NCBI GenBank assembly: GCA_029262715.1
Contig: JAJCYX010000397.1
Location: 1-34,365 of the forward strand
Source of the DNA: Chloroflexota bacterium
Lineage (GTDB): Bacteria; Chloroflexota; Dehalococcoidia; Lucifugimonadales; Lucifugimonadaceae
DNA: 34,365 nt
Reading direction: 5' to 3'
In this document: positions 18,573 through 26,314 of the stretch, in pieces
How the letters are laid out: each line of letters starts with the position of its first letter
Numbering within the stretch: the stretch's first letter is position 1
Made by a program: the position numbers and the translations under genes
Notes under the pieces: model-generated
The model's input: only the letters and a program-made list of their open reading frames with translations
Database searches by the model: none
Told to the model about the DNA's origin: nothing

Positions 18573-19240
18573 CCGGAACCGCGTCTCGAAGAGATCGACG
18601 AGCATGAAGTCCATCGACCAGCCTTCATTGGGACCGGTCGCCTCCAGCCGTTCAACGCGCCTCTTGCAACTGACGCGCCGCCGTGGTTTCTTTGGTCTCA
18701 TGGAGAGGCGTTCCTCACGATAGAGCCGGTAGACCCGCTTGTGGTTGATCTCCCAACCCTCGCGCCTTAGAAGGACGTGGATCCGACGTTAGCCGTAGCT
18801 GACCTTGGCATAAGCCAGGTCCCTGATCCGTAGCCTGAGCAAGGCCTGCTCATCAGCTCTGCTTCTGTACCTCTTGCTTGCCCTGCTGAAGTTGAGAAGA
18901 CGGCATGCACGCCGTTCGCTCACGTCGAAGCCGACCTGGAGGTGGTCACAGAGTTGTCTGTCCTGAGCAGGCCTCAGAGTTTTTTTCGGATGACGTCCTG
19001 CAACATCTCCTTGTCCAGGGAGCGATCAGCGACCAGCTGCTTGAGCTTCCTGTTCTCTTCCTCGAGCTAACGGAGACGTCTGAGCTCTGCGACTCCCATG
19101 CCGGCGAACTTCTTCTTCCAGCGGTAGAACGTCACGCCCGTGACGCCCATCTTCCGGCACACTTCCTGAACCGGCATGCCGCTCTCTGCCTGCCGCAGGG
19201 CGAAGGCGATCTGCTCCTGCGTATACCTCGTTCTCTTCAC
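18573..19240 (-). pseudogene. IS3-family transposase OrfAB, disrupted
   Basis: Manual translation from the GTG at 19240: MKRTRYTQEQIAFALRQAESGMPVQEVCRKMGVTGVTFYRWKKKFAGMGVAELRRLR-stop-LEEENRKLKQL..., with an in-frame TAG at 19067-19069. The -1 frame continues ...RACRLLNFSRASKRYRS...SYG-stop-RRIHVLLRREGWEINHKRVYRLYREE..., with TAA at 18789-18791. The rve core is missing. Confidence 0.8.
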
Positions 19241-19319
19241 GGAATGACTCTCTTTCTTGAGGCCGAATCATCCCGGAAAACTATCACTTATGCCGGCGCG
19301 GTTTTCGGGGGGAAGGTCA
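18573..19319 (-). mobile_element. IS3-family (IS407-like) insertion sequence fragment, 3'-truncated
   Basis: The IR-like end TGACCTTCCCCCCGAAAACC (reverse complement ending at 19319) resembles the IS407-group IR TGACCTGCCCC. The orfA/orfB arrangement has an A7 slippery run (18980-18986). The transposase is cut off shortly after the ...PNEGWSMDFM... motif. Confidence 0.8.
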
Positions 19320-19666
19320 CCGGGTTTTCAAATTTGGTACTTCGATACGGATGTCATATAGCACAGTTCTCCGAAGGTCCACGATCTGTTCCTCAAAACG
19401 AGAACTGCCGGACAACGCTTGTTACTTTAGCGTTGCCCGGCTCAGACCTCGGCGTGGATCCTTAAGAATGGTGAACTGCTGCGTTGTCGCCAGTTCTGAT
19501 CACTCACTTGTCTAGGGCAATCAGCGCCTCCCGTGCCCGGCCAAGGATCTGTTCGGCGTGGCGAACTTCATCCTTGGTTTCCGCCGGCAAACGAATTTCA
19601 GTCGACGGGTTTACATCTGCTCGACGGGCAGCAGGAGACGTGTGCCCCTAAGTTCAACTTGTTCCG

Positions 19667-20206
19667 CTATCGAATGGGCGCGATCACTCCGTTGGGCGGA
19701 ACATCGCCGGTGAGTTCGACTGATTCTGCATCTATGCTCGTGATTGATCTCCCGAGCGGAACATCACCGGTGAGTTCGACTGATTCTGCATCTATGCTCG
19801 TGATTGATCTCCCGAGCGGAACATCACCAGTGAGTTCGACTGATTCTGCATCTATGCTCGTGATTGATCTCTCGAGCGGAACATCGCCGGTGAGTTCGAC
19901 TGATTCTGCATCTATGCTCGTCATTGATCTCCCGAGCGGAACATCGCCGGTGAGTTCGACTGATTCTGCATCTATGCTCGTGATCGTTACCTTCGGAGCA
20001 ACCCCGGAGGCGAACCCCACCGCCCCGACGATTACACCAGCCATGACGACGAAAACTACTGCCACCGCCGCTATCGCCAGCGTGTGCCTTTTTAGGAATC
20101 GAACTGGTGCCGACGTGCGATTGCCCTGTGATTGATACGCTGACGCTTCTCTTTCCTCTGCCTGGGCCTGCATTTCAATAAGTCCGATGGAAGACAATTT
20201 GGCCAC
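19667..20206 (-). CDS. Membrane-anchored protein made of five tandem 20-aa repeats (possibly a truncated gene)
   Basis: 179 aa: a charged N-terminus, one TM helix (TLAIAAVAVVFVVMAGVIVGAVGF), then five copies of TSIDAESVELTGDVP(L/P)xRS. The ORF ends 12 codons after the last repeat. Confidence 0.55.
   Translation of the reverse strand: MAKLSSIGLIEMQAQAEEREASAYQSQGNRTSAPVRFLKRHTLAIAAVAVVFVVMAGVIVGAVGFASGVAPKVTITSIDAESVELTGDVPLGRSMTSIDAESVELTGDVPLERSITSIDAESVELTGDVPLGRSITSIDAESVELTGDVPLGRSITSIDAESVELTGDVPPNGVIAPIR
19696..19986. repeat. 60-bp tandem repeat, about 5 near-identical copies
   Basis: The period is exactly 60 nt (each copy aligns with one 60-nt sequence line, 19681-19980). There are only 1-2 substitutions per copy (e.g. 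ACATCGCCGG / ACATCACCGG / ACATCACCAG). Confidence 0.95.
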
Positions 20207-20474
20207 CTCCTTGGGTGCTTGCGATCGAGGTCCGATGTGGACTTGTCGCAGTCTCGATCAGAAGCGAGTCCGGCCTATGATTTCTGGATGACAACTGGAT
20301 GAAATGACGATTACGGGGCGGTCCAGTTCACCTCGCCACAGCAAAGAGATCGGTCAAGATACGACCATCCGGTGACCGTACTCGGGCCGCCCAGGTGTTC
20401 CCACTGGGGGCGAAGTACTGCACCCGTTGTGGAGATGAAGAGGGACGTTCTTGGACTAATCAGTGACGGAAGGC

Positions 20475-20564
20475 ATGAAAGTTAGTTTCTTCCGCGCATT
20501 TGGAAACTGGGTGAGCAACGTGCTGAAGCATCAGCCTTCACCTCATGTGGGGCCGCCGTATTAA
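20475..20564 (+). CDS. Short ORF (29 aa), outlying member of the GNW...HQP.P..PPY-stop family
   Basis: MKVSFFRAFGNWVSNVLKHQPSPHVGPPY-TAA aligns codon for codon with the tails at 31212-31286 and 32083-32157. A GGAAGG purine run lies just upstream of the ATG. Confidence 0.45.
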   Translation: MKVSFFRAFGNWVSNVLKHQPSPHVGPPY

Positions 20565-20628
20565 CGTTTAGCAATAAGGACTGTTCCAGCGGAGGTCCGC
20601 GTTACGTGCTCCCCGGACAGGCGATCCG

Positions 20629-20916
20629 GTGAGAGTGGTTCTGTCAGAACTCGTTGCGAGTGACGGTGATCTGGAAAGCCGATATAACAACAACACACGC
20701 TTCTTCGTAAAAGACGGGACGCTGATAAGGACCGGCGGAACTAGTATCTCGGATCTAGACGTCGTTCTAACCAACACTCAGCCGATAGACGTTCAGTCAG
20801 GGGCAATTCGAGTTAGACGTCCGACTAGTTTCACTGACGCGGATGTGACGGTCGCAGCCGGTGCGGAGTCCGTATCTCTTCAGGCGATCACTCGTTCAAC
20901 GGCACCTTTTCGGTAA
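20629..20916 (+). CDS. Hypothetical protein (weak)
   Basis: 95-aa ORF with a GTG start, immediately downstream of the short ORF. No recognisable motifs. Confidence 0.25.
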   Translation: MRVVLSELVASDGDLESRYNNNTRFFVKDGTLIRTGGTSISDLDVVLTNTQPIDVQSGAIRVRRPTSFTDADVTVAAGAESVSLQAITRSTAPFR

Positions 20917-21323
20917 GCGGCGACGGAACGGTGCTCGACTGAATCTGCGATTTGACGGAATGGCGACGCGACGGCGCAAAACCTTATCTTGAGCCTCATA
21001 CACGATCTTCTGACCGCAGCTGCCGGTAACAGTAGGCAGCTCGTAGCGACCAGCGATCAAGTAGAGTCCTCCATGGAGTAGTCTCTGACCACAGGCCGAG
21101 TTGGTTAAAGGGAATTCTCATGTTCGGCCATTGGCAACTCTCCACAATCACATTCTGATCCGAAATGCGAACCGGGCAATCAGAAGAGGGTAACCTGTGT
21201 GTTAATGCGGGATCGCATGTTATTGCATTGTTCGGTGTCACCGCCCTGTAGAATTTGGTTCACGTCGCTTGCGGGGAGTCCAGGAGTGGTACTTTGCGAG
21301 ATGCCATAGCGTACTTTGTTGTA

Positions 21324-22031
21324 ATGACCGATCCACCAAGTGCATCCACTTGGCGACTCTACTCTTCCGATCCTCAGAGAAGTTATCTGATCGGGCGAGA
21401 CCCAGATCTCGATATCGTCGTGGGCGCGGTGGACGGATCACCGATTTCCCGTAAACACGCGGAGATTGTCGTTCGGGGACGAGAATCCTTTTTGACCGAT
21501 TTGAACAGCACCAACGGCACCGAGCTGAACGGCAGGCAGCTCGTTCCGGGGAGACGTAATGTTCTTGAAGATGGAGCCGAGATCTCGTTCGCTGGCGGAT
21601 TTATTTCCGCACTTTTTCAAATAGAGCAGGAGAATAATACGGTCAGGATAGGTCATTCGGAGAGGAAAATACTCGGTGGCGGACAGCGAAATAATCAATC
21701 AACTGTATCACGCGGTTTGTTGCTCATCACCAACGAACGCAGGATCGTTATAGACGGTATTCCTCAACCCGACCTCAGCGATCAAGAATGGAATTTACTG
21801 AGCTGCCTGTATGAACGTGCAGGTACGACCTGCACTTACGGACAATTATTAAAGGCCGTGTGGAGTCAATCATATGGATACAGCAACAATAACATTGCCG
21901 CCTTAGTAAGACGCATTCGATCTCGCCTGACAACGGGAAACTGGTCCCTGATCAACATCAGGAATGTCGGCTATCGCCTTGAGCCGTTCATTATTTCATC
22001 GGATGCCAATCACGATCCGCCGGATGTCTAA
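21324..22031 (+). CDS. FHA domain + OmpR/PhoB-type winged-helix DNA-binding protein
   Basis: FHA: YLIGRDPDLDIVV...ISRKHAEIVVRG..FLTDLNSTNGTELNG. C-terminal Trans_reg_C: LSDQEWNLLSCLYERAG..CTYGQLLKAVW.....NNNIAALVRRIRSRL......IRNVGYRLEP. Alternative starts are TTG 21294 (AGGAG 7 nt upstream) and TTG 21255. Confidence 0.85.
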   Translation: MTDPPSASTWRLYSSDPQRSYLIGRDPDLDIVVGAVDGSPISRKHAEIVVRGRESFLTDLNSTNGTELNGRQLVPGRRNVLEDGAEISFAGGFISALFQIEQENNTVRIGHSERKILGGGQRNNQSTVSRGLLLITNERRIVIDGIPQPDLSDQEWNLLSCLYERAGTTCTYGQLLKAVWSQSYGYSNNNIAALVRRIRSRLTTGNWSLINIRNVGYRLEPFIISSDANHDPPDV

Positions 22032-22068
22032 ATTCCGCGGGTAACGCAAACACATGTATACCAATGTT

Positions 22069-22109
22069 GATGGCCGTCAGGGCCACACCCCACGTCGAGT
22101 ACGGCCATC
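22069..22109. terminator. Inverted repeat between convergent genes (possible bidirectional terminator)
   Basis: GATGGCCGT (22069-22077) and ACGGCCATC (22101-22109) form a perfect 9-bp stem, but the loop is long (23 nt) and there is no clear U-tract. Confidence 0.3.
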
Positions 22110-22134
22110 TGTCCTGTCGAACAGCGTTCTTCTG

Positions 22135-25100
22135 TCATGCCTTCAATATCTCCCGCTTTGCCAGCACACGCTCAAGCAGCGGCTTCATACCCAGTTCGGT
22201 GGCGATGGCGATGGCTTCGTCTTGCAGTTCGGTGGCATTTTCACGGTCGCCGGGGGCGTTTCGGTCAAGAAGAAAATCAGAGTAGTCGGCACAGGTCCAG
22301 GCCATTTCGGGACGATAACCTGAAGTTTCTCCGAATTCAATACTTTTTTCGTAATAATCGGCGGCTTCATCGGGATTGCCCATTAGGGCATTCGCAAGTC
22401 CAGCAACTCGGTAGTAGCCACTACCTAGACGATTCCAAAATGTATCAGAATGTTTTTCAATACTGTGAAAATGTCTAGATGCGGAAGCAGCGTCGTTTAA
22501 ACTCACAGCTAGATGACAAGCCTGCAATTTTCTTAGCGTTTTTACCTCACGCTCCATATTGACTGACGTTATACTGTGTTCCACCATGCGCAAAGTTTCC
22601 TCCATGTCATAGTCGATTCCATGTGTTCGATAAATGTGGGCAAACGTGCCGGCAAACATCATGTGGAAATTAAACGTATGTTTTAGTTTCTCCGCATTTT
22701 CTTTTAGTGACTCTATATCGCCGAGTTCATTGGCTACAGCTATTTGAACCACCAACGCCCTGGGTTCGTCCGGGCTAACTGCTAAAGCTGCACGTATGTC
22801 ATCGGTCGCTCCATGCCAGTCACCAAGATTTGATCTTAGTTGTGCCCGGTTGCTATAAGCCCACGCAAGAGCATGATTGCTTCTAAGACGGTTGGCGGCT
22901 TGAACTCCGTTGTCACAAACGGATTCTGCTTCCAGAGGTAAACCTATCGAAGTAAGATGTAGCGCAGTGTAGTCATAAGCGGCCAGTTTTAGCGATAAAT
23001 CCTCACTTCGGTCTGCTAGTTGTATGACTTCCGAGAGTATTTTGTTTGTTTCGTCAACTGAAAACTCCATGTGTTGCGCTAATAGTTGGGCCGTCAGTGC
23101 ATTTAACAATTGGTCATTATCATTATCAGCTCTGGCAATTGCGACCGCCTCGGCCGCTGCTGTGATATCAATTATTCCTAATTCCATCGATTTGAATAAT
23201 GCTAAATTTGATAGCAAACGACCTCTAAACGATGAGTTCTTCGGAGTGATAGCAATTGCTTGTTGGTACATATCTGACATACCCTCTGTTCCGTGGAAAT
23301 GAGGAAATGGAGCGATTGCGACTTTGACGGCGTCTTCAATATCGCCGTTTTGAAGAAACCAATAAAAAGCATCTTGGTACAACTTTGCCGATGCAGATAA
23401 ATCCGTTCGTTTCGCTGTCGCAGCCTTGGCCCTTGCCAACAATGCGGTCATCTTTGCCCACATTTCGTCTTTTATGTTGTGCCTCTCAAGTGCCGACGTT
23501 AAATAACCAAAGGCTCTGTCATAAGCGTGAGAGTCGAGTGCCTGTTGACCCGCGGCTACGTGATACTCGATCAACTTCTTCGTCCCCAGCACTGTCTCAG
23601 CTTCGGCGAAATGCTCAGCCAGCTCAGCGGCGTGATCTTCGGCATCATCCCCGTAATAGTCTTCAAGAGCCTCGGCGATCCGGGCGTGCATTCTGACCGC
23701 ACGGGTATGTGAAAGCTCCTGTGTCAGGGTGTCCTGCATCTGAGCGTGGGTGAACTGGTAGAAGCCGACATCTTCTTTCAACTCCTCGATGATGCGGGCA
23801 GAAAGAGCTTCATCCATCGCATCGAGAAGTTGACTATCCGTCGTGTCCTCGGCCAGTATCTTCAGTACGTCGAACTGGAACTGCCTCCCGATTACAGCGG
23901 CTATCGTCAGCACCTCGTTGCACCGCTCGGAGAGACGGTCAAGCCTTCGGCCAATGACTTCTCGCACACTCTCGGGTATCCGTATCTCCCACGAGGTTGT
24001 TCCACCCTTCGATGACTGGCCGGAGGTGATGTCCCCCTCCTGTATGAGCAGGCGCACAGTCTCGGTAACGAACAGTGGGTTACCTTCGGTCTGCTGAAAG
24101 ACGGTCTCCACGAGCGCAGGGGGTGGGGTGATACCTGCCGCTATCTCGATAAAGCGCCGCACATCGTGCTTTTGCAGTCCCCTGAGGACTACCCGCTCGA
24201 ACAGCCGCTCCCTAGAAAGGTCACCAAGGGTGACAGAAAGCGGATGTCTCCTGTTCAGCTCTATGTCCCGGTAGTTGCCAATGATGAGGATTCGGGAGTT
24301 GGCAAGCTCCCTTGCCACGAACTCCAGCAGCACAAGTGACGGCTTGTCCGCCCAGTGCAGGTCTTCCAGCATCAGCACGAGCGGCGTGGAAGATGCTGTG
24401 TTCTTTAGAAATGTAGCTATGGAGTCGAAGAGTCTGAACCTTGCTGACTCAGGGTCTTCTATCATCACCGCCTGCGGTATGTCAGGGAGCTTCTCCTTCA
24501 CGTCTGAAACCACCTCGGCGATGACAGAGGCGGTGGAGCCCATCTGGTTACGAAGCGACCGAGGCTCTGTTGCCGCTACATGAGAACGGATAGCCTGCAA
24601 CCACGGCCAGTACGGAGGCGCTCCTCCCGACTCGTAACTGCGACCCCAGAGCACTTGTGCTCCGCGCATCCCGGCATACGTCGCAAGCTCCTGTGCGGTG
24701 CGGGTTTTGCCGATGCCCGGCTCTCCGACCAGCGTCAGAAGCCTGCCTTTGCCCGAGAGAACCTCCTCGAAGACAGCCTTCAGCTGGTCCATCTCCCTCT
24801 GCCTGCCGACAAAGACTCCGCCCGCCATGGAATCGAGGGAGCCTTTGTTCTCCGCCGATTCTTCCACAGCAGACAGGTCTACCGACTGCAAAACAGTGAG
24901 CACTTCATCCGCGGACTCCGGTCTCTCTGCCGGGTCCTTGGCCAGCAGCCGCATGATCAGGGATTCGAGCGTCTTCGGCATCGACTGGTTGTGCCAACTA
25001 GGAGCTACAGGAGGGGTGTTGACGTGCTGGGAGATGATGGCGATGTCGTCGTCGCCCATGAACGGAGGCCTGCCTGTGCTCATCTCGTAGAGCATAGCGC

Positions 25101-25968
25101 CCAGCGAGTAGAGGTCAGCTCTTGGTGTGACCTCTCCACCTGTCGCCTGTTCAGGTGGCATGTAGTTGACGGTGCCAACCATCACCTTCTCGACGGTGAG
25201 GCGTGAGCGGTCTGTAGCTACGGCCTCACCGAAGTCCCCGATCTTTGCCGCTCCGTCCTCGTCCATCCAGATGTTGCTGGGCTTGAGGTCGCGGTGGACG
25301 ATGCCCTTGCCGTGGGCGAATGAGAGTCCCTGCGCGGTCTGGGTGGCAATGCGGATTGCATCTGCAAGATCGAGCGGGCCATCTGCGTCTTCGATCAGGT
25401 CTTCCACATCTCCTCCGCCCATGAGCGGCTGCACCATGAATGGCTGTGGCGTTCCGTCTTCTGCGGGCTCTTCGCCGAGGTCGTAGATCGGCATGATGCA
25501 GGGATGGGTTCCCATCCTGCCCATAGCCTGCGCCTCTCTCCTGACCCGCTCTCTTCCCGTCTCGTCGAGTCCGTCTGTCTTGATGAGCGCAAACGCCACG
25601 TCGCGGTCCAGCGTGTTGTCATGTGCGAGATACACCTTCTTCTTGCCACCTTCACCGAGGAGCTTGCTAACGGTGTAACGGCCTGAGGCGAAGGAGGTGG
25701 GTTGGTCGGTTGGAACGCTGGGATCGCTGGGATCGCTGGCTACGATATCTGGCAAGTCAGTTTCTATGGGCTGCCCAGCCGACCCAGTCCAGGCCGACAT
25801 GGCTTTGTCGGCCATCAACTTGAATGAACGAGCGTCTTCGTTCTCAGAATCAAGTGCTAAAGCGCCGGCCACAAACTCCAGCACCCTGTTCCAGTCACCT
25901 GATCTGGTAGCTTCCTCCGCCTGATCGAGGAGAGTGTCTATCTGTCGCTGCACACGCTCACTTGGCAT
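22135..25968 (-). CDS. Ser/Thr protein kinase - AAA (AAA_16/STAND-like) ATPase - TPR protein, paralog A
   Basis: Kinase: GEGGKKKVY, VAFALIK, HRDLKPSN, DFG, MPPE. NTPase: Walker A GEPGIGKT and Walker B LVLMLEDLHWAD. Long helical/TPR C-terminus. The start is set at MPSERVQR..., homologous to the paralog B start; the ORF-track start at 26010 adds 14 aa with no counterpart in B. Confidence 0.9.
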   Translation of the reverse strand: MPSERVQRQIDTLLDQAEEATRSGDWNRVLEFVAGALALDSENEDARSFKLMADKAMSAWTGSAGQPIETDLPDIVASDPSDPSVPTDQPTSFASGRYTVSKLLGEGGKKKVYLAHDNTLDRDVAFALIKTDGLDETGRERVRREAQAMGRMGTHPCIMPIYDLGEEPAEDGTPQPFMVQPLMGGGDVEDLIEDADGPLDLADAIRIATQTAQGLSFAHGKGIVHRDLKPSNIWMDEDGAAKIGDFGEAVATDRSRLTVEKVMVGTVNYMPPEQATGGEVTPRADLYSLGAMLYEMSTGRPPFMGDDDIAIISQHVNTPPVAPSWHNQSMPKTLESLIMRLLAKDPAERPESADEVLTVLQSVDLSAVEESAENKGSLDSMAGGVFVGRQREMDQLKAVFEEVLSGKGRLLTLVGEPGIGKTRTAQELATYAGMRGAQVLWGRSYESGGAPPYWPWLQAIRSHVAATEPRSLRNQMGSTASVIAEVVSDVKEKLPDIPQAVMIEDPESARFRLFDSIATFLKNTASSTPLVLMLEDLHWADKPSLVLLEFVARELANSRILIIGNYRDIELNRRHPLSVTLGDLSRERLFERVVLRGLQKHDVRRFIEIAAGITPPPALVETVFQQTEGNPLFVTETVRLLIQEGDITSGQSSKGGTTSWEIRIPESVREVIGRRLDRLSERCNEVLTIAAVIGRQFQFDVLKILAEDTTDSQLLDAMDEALSARIIEELKEDVGFYQFTHAQMQDTLTQELSHTRAVRMHARIAEALEDYYGDDAEDHAAELAEHFAEAETVLGTKKLIEYHVAAGQQALDSHAYDRAFGYLTSALERHNIKDEMWAKMTALLARAKAATAKRTDLSASAKLYQDAFYWFLQNGDIEDAVKVAIAPFPHFHGTEGMSDMYQQAIAITPKNSSFRGRLLSNLALFKSMELGIIDITAAAEAVAIARADNDNDQLLNALTAQLLAQHMEFSVDETNKILSEVIQLADRSEDLSLKLAAYDYTALHLTSIGLPLEAESVCDNGVQAANRLRSNHALAWAYSNRAQLRSNLGDWHGATDDIRAALAVSPDEPRALVVQIAVANELGDIESLKENAEKLKHTFNFHMMFAGTFAHIYRTHGIDYDMEETLRMVEHSITSVNMEREVKTLRKLQACHLAVSLNDAASASRHFHSIEKHSDTFWNRLGSGYYRVAGLANALMGNPDEAADYYEKSIEFGETSGYRPEMAWTCADYSDFLLDRNAPGDRENATELQDEAIAIATELGMKPLLERVLAKREILKA

Positions 25969-26030
25969 AGTCGCGGCATGATACGCGAAGTCAGGTGGTG
26001 TGCGTGCCATCTATCGGCACATGAGAATAT

Positions 26031-26096
26031 GTCGTCACACTCGTCATCCTGTCATTGCCAACTTGAACTCAGAATGACGACATGACGACTGTGACA
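26031..26096. repeat. Palindromic ~60-65 bp intergenic repeat, copy 1
   Basis: GTCGTCACACTCGTCATCCTGTCATTGCCAACTTGAACTCAGAATGACGACATGACGACTGTGAC. Nested inverted arms are TCGTCAT/ATGACGA and GTCATT/AATGAC. Confidence 0.7.
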
Positions 26097-26182
26097 AGTT
26101 GTTTCAACTCCTGTATGTGTCGGACAATTCAGGTCGGCCCAGTTCAAATCGTCGCCGCACTAGGACGCTCCAGTGTAAACAG

Positions 26183-26242
26183 GTCGTCACACTCGTCACC
26201 TTGTCACTCCCAATCTCAGTTCAGAATGACGACATGACGACT
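26183..26242. repeat. Palindromic ~60-65 bp intergenic repeat, copy 2
   Basis: GTCGTCACACTCGTCACCTTGTCACTCCCAATCTCAGTTCAGAATGACGACATGACGACTT. It is a direct copy of 26031-26096 with a divergent centre. Confidence 0.7.
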
Positions 26243-26314
26243 TATATGCGCCTTCAGTATGTCCCACTCCTGCGGATTCATCTGCCGCTATGCCAAATAC
26301 ACATGCAGAGTGCG

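Noticed and set aside
18905-19465. 186-aa plus-strand ORF
   Set aside because: It lies antisense to the clearly recognisable IS3-family orfA/orfB reading frames and has no motifs of its own.
19696-19986. Regularly spaced 60-bp repeats that could be mistaken for a CRISPR array
   Set aside because: The units are contiguous with no unique spacers. The period equals the repeat length, and the array is in frame inside an ORF (20-aa protein repeats).
19533-20135. 200-aa plus-strand ORF with its own 20-aa repeats (TSPVSSTDSASMLVIDLPSG)
   Set aside because: It is an antisense reading of the 60-bp repeat array. The minus-strand ORF has a sensible N-terminus, a TM helix and an upstream region, whereas this frame starts inside non-coding DNA. 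Strand choice remains only moderately confident.
24580-25206. Several 60-210-aa plus-strand ORFs inside the two kinase genes (for example 24580..25206, 29105..29467)
   Set aside because: They lie antisense to long ORFs with unambiguous kinase and Walker motifs. They are Arg/Ser/Pro-rich shadow frames.
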